Assembly: GCF_009914755.1 (NCBI RefSeq)
Contig: NC_060948.1
From: the human T2T-CHM13v2.0 reference genome, Homo sapiens
Strand: one strand, 5' to 3'
Length of the DNA: 64,000 bases
Below the pieces are notes generated by a model. The model was not told where the DNA came from and did no database searches. It saw only the letters and a list, made by a program, of their open reading frames with translations. Within the stretch, counting starts at the first letter, position 1. Each line of letters opens with the position of its first letter. The position numbers were made by a program, and so were the translations under genes. Positions 1 through 11,300 of this stretch are shown one piece after another.

Positions 1-200
1 TCGAATACAATGGAATATACTGGAATGTAACGTAATGAACTCGAATGTAATTGACTGGAATGGAATGTACATGAATGGAATGTAATCGAATGGAAAGTAA
101 TCCAATGGAATAGAATCTAATGCAATAAAATCGACTCAGATAGAGTAGAATGTAATGGAATGGAGTGCAGTGCAATGGAATGGAATGGAATGGAATGCAA

Positions 201-255
201 TGGAATGGAATGGAATGGAATGGAATGGAATGGAATGGAATGGAATGGGATGGAA
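201..255 (+). repeat. Near-pure (TGGAA)n microsatellite tract inside each monomer, variable copy number
   Basis: Tract lies between TGCAA (196-200) and TGGTA (256-260). It has 11 pentamers here, 9 at 3770-3814, 6 at 7329-7358 and 10 at 42944-42993. Confidence 0.9.
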
Positions 256-475
256 TGGTATGGAATGGATAGTAATGGACTGGAATGAAATGGACTGGAA
301 AAGAATGGACTCAAATTGAAAGGGCTCGAAAGGAATGGAGTCAAATGGAATGGTCTGGAATGGAATGAACACGAATGTAATGCAATCCAATAGAATGGAA
401 TCGAATGGCATGGAATATAAAGAAATGGAATCGAAGAGAATGGAAACAAATGGAATGGAATTGAATGGAATGGAA

Positions 476-629
476 TTGAATGGAATGGGAACGAATGGAG
501 TGAAATTGTATGCAGTAGAAGAGAATAGAATGGAATGCAAGCGAAAGGAAAGGAATGGATTGGAATGGAATGGAATTCATTGGAATGGAAGGGAATGTAG
601 TGTAATGGACAGGCCTGGAATAAAGTGGA
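476..629. other. Target of the classical DYZ1 sexing PCR primer pair (Y1.1/Y1.2-type), repeated in each monomer
   Basis: TTGAATGGAATGGGAACGAATGG at 476-498 and GGACAGGCCTGGAATAAAGTGGA at 607-629 (reverse complement TCCACTTTATTCCAGGCCTGTCC) span 154 bp. Primer identity is from recall. Confidence 0.75.
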
Positions 630-986
630 ATGCTACGGTCTCGAATGGAATAAAAATGTATGGAATGGAATGCAATGAAACGGAATCGAATGTCATAGAA
701 TGTAATGGAATGCAAAAAAATGGAATCCAAAATCATTGACTGGAAAGGCTGGGTGTCGAAAGGAATTGACTCCAATGGAATGGAATCGAATGGAATGGAA
801 GTGAATAGAATCGAACTAAATCGAATGGAATGGAATTGATAGGAACGGAATGGAAAGGAATGCAATGATTTGGCATGGAATGGAATCGAATGGCATCGAA
901 TGGAATGGAATGGAATGCAATGGAATGGAATGTATTAGAATGTAATGAACATTAATGGAATGTACTCGAATGGATTCGACTGGAAT

Positions 987-1001
987 GGAATGTTCTGGAA
1001 G
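987..1001. promoter_or_regulatory. Perfect three-unit heat-shock element (nGAAnnTTCnnGAAn), site 1 of 3 per monomer
   Basis: gGAAtgTTCtgGAAg, present in all 18 copies. The motif match is direct; binding is not shown by sequence. Confidence 0.55.
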
Positions 1002-1266
1002 TGAATGGACTCCAATGGAATGGATTCGAAAGGAATGGAATCGAACGGAATGGAATCTAATGGAATGGAATTAAATGGAAATGAATCAAATTGAATAGCA
1101 CGGAATTGAATTGAATGGAATGGAATGCAATGGAATCTAATGAAACGGAAAGGAAAGGAATGGAATGGAATGGAATGGGCTGGAATGGAAAGGAATCGAA
1201 ACGAATGGAATGGAATCGAACTGAAGAGACTGGAATGGAATGCACTGGAATGGAAGGGAGTGTAAT

Positions 1267-1281
1267 GGAAGGTTCTCGAAA
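1267..1281. promoter_or_regulatory. Perfect three-unit heat-shock element, site 2 of 3 per monomer
   Basis: gGAAggTTCtcGAAa, present in all 18 copies. Confidence 0.55.
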
Positions 1282-2292
1282 ATAATGGAAGCAAATGGAA
1301 TGGAATTGAATGGAACGGAATAGAGTCGAATGGAATTGAATGGAATGGAATGGACTAGAGTGAAATGGAATCGAACCACAAGGAATGGACAGGAATAGAA
1401 TGGTCTCGAATTGAATGGAATCGTATGGAATGGCATCAAACGGAATGGAATGGACAGCCACGGAATGGAATGCACTCGAATGCAATGGAGTCGAAACTTA
1501 TGGACTGGAATAGAATGGACTCGACTGGTACGGACTCCAATGGAATGGAATCGAATGGAAGGGATTCGAACGGAATGGACTCGAAGGGAAAAGACTGCAA
1601 TGGATAGGTCTCGAATGGAATGGAAATTAATGGAATGGAATGGAATCGAATGAAATGGAGTCAAAAGGAATGGAATCGAATGGCAAGAAATCGAATGTAA
1701 TGGAATCGCAAGGAATTGATGTGAACGGAACGGAATGGAATGGAATCCAAAGGAATGGAATAGAATGGAATGGAATCGAATGGAAAGGACTCGAATGGAA
1801 ATCACTCGAATAGAATGCAATTTAATAAAATAGGATCAAATGTAATTGAATGGAATGGAAAGGAATCGAAACGAAAGGAATGGAGACAGATGGAATGGAA
1901 TGGAACAGAGAGCAATGGTATAGAATGGAATGGAATCATCTGGAATGGAATTGAATGGAATGGAATAATATGAAATGGAATGGAATGGAATGGAATGGAA
2001 TGCCCTTGAATTAAATGGACTGGAATGGAATGGACTCGAACAGAGTGGAATGGAAAGTGTTGAGATAGAATGGAATGGACTCCTTTGGAATGGTCTAGTA
2101 TGCAATGCAATCGACTGGCAGGGAATCAAAAGGAATGTAATCGAATGGATTAGACTGGAATGCAATGGACTCGAATAGATTGGAAACGGAATGCAAAGGA
2201 ATGGAATGGAATAGTATGGAATGGAATGGAAAGGAATGGAGTGGAATAGACTAGAGTGGAATGGAATGGACTGGAAAGCAATGGACTGGAAT

Positions 2293-2307
2293 GGAACTTT
2301 CTTGAAT
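2293..2307. promoter_or_regulatory. Perfect three-unit heat-shock element, site 3 of 3 per monomer
   Basis: gGAActTTCttGAAt, intact in 15 of 18 copies. The last GAA is GGA at ~30797, ~41478 and ~45042. Confidence 0.5.
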
Positions 2308-5300
2308 GGACTGGAATCAAACGGAATGGAATGCAATGCAATCAAATGGCATGGAATAAAATAGAATGAAAGAGAATCAAATGGAATTGAATCGAATGGA
2401 ATCGAATGGATTGGAAAGGAATAGAATGGAATGGAATGGAATTGACTCAAATGGAATGGACTAGAATGGAATGGATTCGAATGGAAGGCAAAGGAATGGA
2501 ATCTATTGGAATGGACTGTAATGGAATGGAATGGAAGGGATTGGAATGGACTCGAATGGAATGGACTGCAATAGAAAGGATTCGAATGGAATGAAAAAGA
2601 ATTGAATGGAATAGAACAGAATGGAATCAAATCGAATGAAATGGAATGGAATAGAAAGGAATGGAATGAAATGGAATGGAAAGGATTCGAATGGAATGCA
2701 ATCGAATGGAATGGAATCGAACGGAATGGAATAAAATGGAAGAAAACTGGCAAGAAATGGAATCGAAATGAATGGAGTGTTATGGAACGGACTCAAAAGG
2801 AATTGAATGTAATAGAATGGAGTGGAGTGGACTCGAATATAATGGACTGGAATGGAATGAAATCACATGGAATGGGAACGAATGGAATGGAATGGAAAGG
2901 AATGGAATCGAATGGAAAGGAATCGAATGGAAGGGAATGAAATTGAATCAACAGGAATGGAAGGGAATAGAATAGACGGTAATGGAATGGACTCGAATAG
3001 AATGGACACGAATGCTCAAATTGAATGGACTCGAATGGAATGGAAACGAAAGGAATGTCATCGAATGGAATTGAATCGATTGGAATGAAATCGCATAGAA
3101 TGGAGTGGAATCAAATGGAATTGAATCGAAAGGAAAGGAAGCGAATGGACTGAAATGAAATGGAATGGAATTGAATGGAAAGTAATGCAATGGAATAGAA
3201 TGGAACGAAATTTCACGGAATGGAATCAAACTGAATGGAATCAAATCAATGGAATCAAATCAAATGGAATGGAAAGGAATTGAATGGAGTAGATTGGATT
3301 GGATGGGATTGGAATGAAATGTACTGGAAAGGACTCGAATTTCATGAAACGGAATGGAATGAATTGGAACGGAATGGACTCGAATGGAATGGAATGTCAT
3401 GGAATGGCATCAAATGGAATGGCATCAAATGGAATGGAATCGAATGCAATGGAATGCTATGGAATGGAATGGAATGCATTGGAATGGAATGTCCTCTAAT
3501 GGAATGGATTCGAGTGGAATGGAATCGAATATAATGGAGTCGAATGAAATGGAATTGAAAGGAATGGGATCGAATACAATGGAATATACTGGAATGTAAT
3601 GTAATGAACTCGAATGTAATTGACTGGAATGGAATGTACATGAATGGAATGTAATCGAATGGAAAGTAATCCAATGGAATAGAATCTAATGCAATAAAAT
3701 CGACTCAGATAGAGTAGAATGTAATGGAATGGAGTGCAGTGCAATGGAATGGAATGGAATGGAATGCAATGGAATGGAATGGAATGGAACGGAATGGAAT
3801 GGAATGGGATGGAATGGTACGGAATGGACAGTAATGGACTGGAATGAAATGGACTGGAAAAGAATGGACTCAAATTGAAAGGGCTCGAAAGGAATGGAGT
3901 CAAATGGAATAGTCTGGAATGGAATGAACACGAATGTAATGCAATCCAATAGAATGGAATCGAATGGCATGGAATATAAAGAAATGGAATCGAAGAGAAT
4001 GGAAACAAATGGAATGGAATTGAATGGAATGGAATTGAATGGAATGGGAACGAATGGAGTGAAATTGTATGCAGTAGAAGAGAATAGAATGGAATGCAAG
4101 CGAAAGGAAAGGAATGGATTGCAATGGAATGGAATTCATTGGAATGGAAGGGAATGTAGTGTAATGGACAGGCCTGGAATAAAGTGGAATGTTACGGTCT
4201 CGAATGGAATAAAAATGTATGGAATGGAATGCAATGAAACGGAATCGAATGTCATAGAATGTAATGGAATGCAAAAAAATGGAATCCAAAATCATTGACT
4301 GGAAAGGCTGGGTGTCGAAAGGAATTGACTCCAATGGAATGGAATCGAATGGAATGGAAGTGAATAGAATCGAACTAAATCGAATGGAATGGAATTGATA
4401 GGAACGGAATGGAAAGGAATGCAATGATTTGGCATGGAATGCAATCGAATGGCATCGAATGGAATGGAATGGAATGCAATGGAATGGAATGTATTAGAAT
4501 GTAATGAACATTAATGGAATGTACTCGAATGGATTCGACTGGAATGGAATGTTCTGGAAGTGAATGGACTCCAATGGAATGGATTCGAAAGGAATGGAAT
4601 CGAACGGAATGGAATCTAATGGAATGGAATTAAATGGAAATGAATCAAATTGAATAGCACGGAATTGAATTGAATGGAATCGAATGCAATGGAATCTAAT
4701 GAAACGGAAAGGAAAGGAATGGAATGGAATGGAATGGGCTGGAATGGAAAGGAATCGAAACGAATGGAATGGAATCGAACTGAAGAGACTGGAATGGAAT
4801 GCACTGGAATGGAAGGGAGTGTAATGGAAGGTTCTCGAAAATAATGGAAGCAAATGGAATGGAATTGAATGGAACGGAATAGAGTCGAATGGAATTGAAT
4901 GGAATGGAATGGACTAGAGTGAAATGGAATCGAACCACAAGGAATGGACAGGAATAGAATGGTCTCGAATTGAATGGAATCGTATGGAATGGCATCAAAC
5001 GGAATGGAATGGACAGCCACGGAATGGAATGCACTCGAATGCAATGGAGTCGAAACTTATGGACTGGAATAGAATGGACTCGACTGGTACGGACTCCAAT
5101 GGAATGGAATCGAATGGAAGGGATTCGAACGGAATGGACTCGAAGGGAAAAGACTGCAATGGAAAGGTCTCGAATGGAATGGAAATTAATGGAATGGAAT
5201 GGAATCGAATGAAATGGAGTCAAAAGGAATGGAATCGAATGGCAAGAAATCGAATGTAATGGAATCGGAAGGAATTGATGTGAACGGAACGGAATGGAAT

Positions 5301-8300
5301 GGAATCCAAAGGAATGGAATAGAATGGAATGGAATCGAATGGAAAGGACTCGAATGGAAATCACTCGAATGGAATGAAATTTAATAAAATAGGATCAAAT
5401 GTAATTGAATGGAATGGAAAGGAATCGAAACGAAAGGAATGGAGACAGATGGAATGGAATGGAACAGAGAGCAATGGTATAGAATGGAATGGAATCATCT
5501 GGAATGGAATTGAATGGAATGGAATAATATGAAATGGAATGGAATGGAATGGAATGGAATGCCCTTGAATTAAATGGACTGGAATGGAATGGACTCGAAC
5601 AGAGTGGAATGGAAAGTGTTGAGATAGAATGGAATGGACTCTTTTAGAATGGTCTAGTATGCAATGCAATCGACTGGCAGGGAATCAAAAGGAATGTAAT
5701 CGAATGGATTGGACTGGAATGCAATGGACTCGAATAGATTGGAAACGGAATGCAAAGGAATGGAATGGAATAGTATGGAATGGAATGGAAAGGAATGGAG
5801 TGGAATAGACTAGAGTGGAATGGAATGGACTGGAAAGCAATGGACTGGAATGGAACTTTCTTGAATGGACTGGAATCAAACGGAATGGAATGCAATGCAA
5901 TCAAATGGCATGGAATAAAATAGAATGAAAGAGAATCAAATGGAATTGAATCGAATGGAATCGAATGGATTGGAAAGGAATAGAATGGAATGGAATGGAA
6001 TTGACTCAAATGGAATGGACTAGAATGGAATGGATTCGAATGGAAGGCAAAGGAATGGAATCTATTGGAATGGACAGTAATGGAATGGAATGGAAGGGAT
6101 TGGAATGGACTCGAATGGAATGGACTGCAATAGAAAGGATTCGAATGGAATGAAAAAGAATTGAATGGAATAGAACAGAATGGAATCAAATCGAATGAAA
6201 TGGAATGGAATAGAAAGGAATGGAATGAAATGGAATGGAAAGGATTCGAATGGAATGCAATCGAATGGAATGGAATCGAACGGAATGGAATAAAATGGAA
6301 GAAAACTGGCAAGAAATGGAATCGAAATGAATGGAGTGTTATGGAACGGACTCAAAAGGAATTGAATGTAATAGAATGGAGTGGAGTGGACTCGAATATA
6401 ATGAACTGGAATGGAATGAAATCACATGGAATGGGAACGAATGGAATGGAATGGAAAGGAATGGAATCGAATGGAAAGGAATCGAATGGAAGGGAATGAA
6501 ATTGAATCAACAGGAATGGAAGGGAATAGAATAGACGGTAATGGAATGGACTCGAATAGAATGGACACGAATGCTCAAATTGAATGGACTCGAATGGAAT
6601 GGAAACAAAAGGAATGTCATCGAATGGAATTGAATCGATTGGAATGAAATCGCATAGAATGGAGTGGAATCAAATGGAATTGAATCGAAAGGAAAGGAAG
6701 CGAATGGACTGAAATGAAATGGAATGGAATTGAATGGAAAGTAATGCAATGGAATAGAATGGAACGAAATTTCACGGAATGGAATCAAACTGAATGGAAT
6801 CAAATCAATGGAATCAAATCAAATGGAATGGAAAGGAATTGAATGGAGTAGATTGGATTGGATGGGATTGGAATGAAATGTACTGGAAAGGACTCGAATT
6901 TCATGAAACGGAATGGAATGAATTGGAACGGAATGGACTCGAATAGAATGGAATGTCATGGAATGGCATCAAATGGAATGGCATCAAATGGAATGGAATC
7001 GAATGCAATGGAATGCTATGGAATGGAATGGAATGCATTGGAATGGAATGTCCTCTAATGGAATGGATTCGAGTGGAATGGAATCGAATATAATGGAGTC
7101 GAATGAAATGGAATTGAAAGGAATGGGATCGAATACAATGGAATATACTGGAATGTAATGTAATGAACTCGAATGTAATTGACTGGAATGGAATGTACAT
7201 GAATGGAATGTAATCGAATGGAAAGTAATCCAATGGAATAGAATCTAATGCAATAAAATCGACTCAGATAGAGTAGAATGTAATGGAATGGAGTGCAGTG
7301 CAATGGAATGGAATGGAATGGAGTGCAATGGAATGGAATGGAATGGAATGGGATGGAATGGTATGGAATGGATAGTAATGGACTGGAATGAAATGGACTG
7401 GAAAAGAATGGACTCAAATTGAAAGGGCTCGAAAGGAATGGAGTCAAATGGAATGGTCTGGAATGGAATGAACACGAATGTAATGCAATCCAATAGAATG
7501 GAATCGAATGGCATGGAATATAAAGAAATGGAATCGAAGAGAATGGAAACAAATGGAATGGAATTGAATGGAATGGAATTGAATGGAATGGGAACGAATG
7601 GAGTGAAATTGTATGCAGTAGAAGAGAATAGACTGGAATGCAAGCGAAAGGAAAGGAATGGATTGCAATGGAATGGAATTCATTGGAATGGAAGGGAATG
7701 TAGTGTAATGGACAGGCCTGGAATAAAGTGGAATGCTACGGTCTCGAATGGAATAAAAATGTATGGAATGGAATGCAATGAAACGGAATCGAATGTCATA
7801 GAATGTAATGGAATGCAAAAAAATGGAATCCAAAATCATTGACTGGAAAGGCTGGGTGTCGAAAGGAATTGACTCCAATGGAATGGAATCGAATGGAATG
7901 GAAGTGAATAGAATCGAACTAAATCGAATGGAATGGAATTGATAGGAACGGAATGGAAAGGAATGCAATGATTTGGCATGGAATGGAATCGAATGGCATC
8001 GAATGGAATGGAATGGAATGCAATGGAATGGAATGTATTAGAATGTAATGAACATTAATGGAATGTACTCGAATGGATTCGACTGGAATGGAATGTTCTG
8101 GAAGTGAATGGACTCCAATGGAATGGATTCGAAAGGAATGGAATCGAACGGAATGGAATCTAATGGAATGGAATTAAATGGAAATGAATCAAATTGAATA
8201 GCACGGAATTGAATTGAATGGAATGGAATGCAATGGAATCTAATGAAACGGAAAGGAAAGGAATGGAATGGAATGGAATGGGCTGGAATGGAAAGGAATC

Positions 8301-11300
8301 GAAACGAATGGAATGGAATCGAACTGAAGAGACTGGAATCGAATGCACTGGAATCGAAGGGAGTGTAATGGAAGGTTCTCGAAAATAATGGAAGCAAATG
8401 GAATGGAATTGAATGGAACGGAATAGAGTCGAATGGAATTGAATGGAATGGAATGGACTAGAGTGAAATGGAATCGAACCACAAGGAATGGACAGGAATA
8501 GAATGGTCTCGAATTGAATGGAATCGTATGGAATGGCATCAATCGGAATGGAATGGACAGCCACGGAATGGAATGCACTCGAATGCAATGGAGTCGAAAC
8601 TTATGGACTGGAATAGAATGGACTCGACTGGTACGGACTCCAATAGAATGGAATCGAATGGAAGGGATTCGAACGGAATGGACTCGAAGGGAAAAGACTG
8701 CAATGGAAAGGTCTCGAATGGAATGGAAATTAATGGAATGGAATGGAATCGAATGAAATGGAGTCAAAAGGAATGGAATCGAATGGCAAGAAATCGAATG
8801 TAATGGAATCGCAAGGAATTGATGTGAACGGAACGGAATGGAATGGAATCCAAAGGAATGGAATAGAATGGAATGGAATCGAATGGAAAGGACTCGAATG
8901 GAAATCACTCGAATAGAATGAAATTTAATAAAATAGGATCAAATGTAATTGAATGGAATGGAAAGGAATCGAAACGAAAGGAATGGAGACAGATGGAATG
9001 GAATGGAACAGAGAGCAATGGTATAGAATGGAATGGAATCATCTGGAATGGAATTGAATGGAATGGAATAATATGAAATGTAATGGAATGGAATGGAATG
9101 GAATGCCCTTGAATTAAATGGACTGGAATGGAATGGACTCGAACAGAGTGGAATGGAAAGTGTTGAGATAGAATGGAATGGACTCCTTTGGAATGGTCTA
9201 GTATGCAATGCAATCGACTGGCCGGGAATCAAAAGGAATGTAATCGAATGGATTAGACTGGAATGCAATGGACTCGAATAGATTGGAAACGGAATGCAAA
9301 GGAATGGAATGGAATAGTATGGAATGGAATGGAAAGGAATGGAGTGGAATAGACTAGAGTGGAATGGAATGGACTGGAAAGCAATGGACTGGAATGGAAC
9401 TTTCTTGAATGGACTGGAATCAAACGGAATGGAATGCAATGCAATCAAATGGCATGGAATAAAATAGAATGAAAGAGAATCAAATGGAATTGAATCGAAT
9501 GGAATCGAATGGATTGGAAAGGAATAGAATGGAATGGAATGGAATTGACTCAAATGGAATGGACTAGAATGGAATGGATTCGAATGGAAGGCAAAGGAAT
9601 GGAATCTATTGGAATGGACTGTAATGGAATGGAATGGAAGGGATTGGAATGGACTCGAATGGAATGGACTGCAATAGAAAGGATTCGAATGGAATGAAAA
9701 AGAATTGAATGGAATAGAACAGAATGGAATCAAATCGAATGAAATGGAATGGAATAGAAAGGAATGGAATGAAATGGAATGGAAAGGATTCGAATGGAAT
9801 GCAATCGAATGGAATGGAATCGAACGGAATGGAATAAAATGGAAGAAAACTGGCAAGAAATGGAATCGAAATGAATGGAGTGTTATGGAACGGACTCAAA
9901 AGGAATTGAATGTAATAGAATGGAGTGGAGTGGACTCGAATATAATGGACTGGAATGGAATGAAATCACATGGAATGGGAACGAATGGAATGGAATGGAA
10001 AGGAATGGAATCGAATGGAAAGGAATCGAACGGAAGGGAATGAAATTGAATCAACAGGAATGGAAGGGAATAGAATAGACGGTAATGGAATGGACTCGAA
10101 TAGAATGGACACGAATGCTCAAATTGAATGGACTCGAATGGAATGGAAACGAAAGGAATGTCATCGAATGGAATTGAATCGATTGGAATGAAATCGCATA
10201 GAATGGAGTGGAATCAAATGGAATTGAATCGAAAGGAAAGGAAGCGAATGGACTGAAATGAAATGGAATGGAATTGAATGGAAAGTAATGCAATGGAATA
10301 GAATGGAACGAAATTTCACGGAATGGAATCAAACTGAATGGAATCAAATCAATGGAATCAAATCAAATGGAATGGAAAGGAATTGAATGGAGTAGATTGG
10401 ATTGGATGGGATTGGAATGAAATGTACTGGAAAGGACTCGAATTTCATGAAACGGAATGGAATGAATTGGAACGGAATGGACTCGAATGGAATGGAATGT
10501 CATGGAATGGCATCAAATGGAATGGCATCAAATGGAATGGAATCGAATGCAATGGAATGCTATGGAATGGAATGGAATGCATTGGAATGGAATGTCCTCT
10601 AATGGAATGGATTCGAGTGGAATGGAATCGAATATAATGGAGTCGAACGAAATGGAATTGAAAGGAATGGGATCGAATACAATGGAATATACTGGAATGT
10701 AATGTAATGAACTCGAATGTAATTGACTGGAATGGAAGGTATATGAATGGAATGTAATCGAATGGAAAGTAATCCAATGGAATAGAATCTAATGCAATAA
10801 AATCGACTCAGATAGAGTAGCATGTAATGGAATGGAGTGCAGTGCAATGGAATGGAATGGAATGGAATGCAATGGAATGGAATGGAATGGAATGGAATGG
10901 AATGGAATGGAATGGGATGGGATGGAATGGTATGGAATGGATAGTAATGGACTGGAGTGAAATGGACTGGAAAGGAATGGACTCAAATTGAAAGGGCTCG
11001 AAAGGAATGGAGTCAAATGGAATGGTCTGGAATGGAATGAACACGAATGTAATGCAATCCAATAGAATGGAATCGAATGGCATGGAATATAAAGAAATGG
11101 AATCGGAGAGAATGGAAACAAATGGAATGGAATTGAATGGAATGGAATTGAATGGAATGGGAACGAATGGAGTGAAATTGTATGCAGTAGAAGGGAATAG
11201 AATGGAATGCAAGCAAAAGGAAAGGAATGGATTGGAATGGAATGGAATTCATTGGAATGGAAGGGAATGTAGTGTAATGGACAGGCCTGGAATAAAGTGC

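Larger units (their letters stand above)
614..4172 (+). repeat. DYZ1: First complete DYZ1 monomer (HaeIII to HaeIII, 3559 bp), representative unit
   Basis: GGCC at 612-615 and 4171-4174. One EcoRI site (GAATTC, first seen at 573-578) lies 39 bp upstream of each HaeIII landmark. Distinctive motifs (GGCTGGGTGTCG, GGACAGCCACGG, TGCCCTTG, GAAAACTGGCAAG) recur once per period. Confidence 0.95.

Noticed and set aside
741-760. GGCTGGGTGTCG and similar non-pentamer-looking patches as foreign insertions or G-quadruplex seeds
   Set aside because: They stay in the 5-bp register, so they are heavily substituted pentamers, and they lack four G3 runs.
124-2735. Several AATAAA hexamers per monomer (e.g. 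124, 619, 649, 1824, 2355, 2730) as polyadenylation signals
   Set aside because: They are easily produced from GGAATGGAA by G>A changes, and no clear GU/U-rich downstream element or transcript evidence is visible in the sequence.
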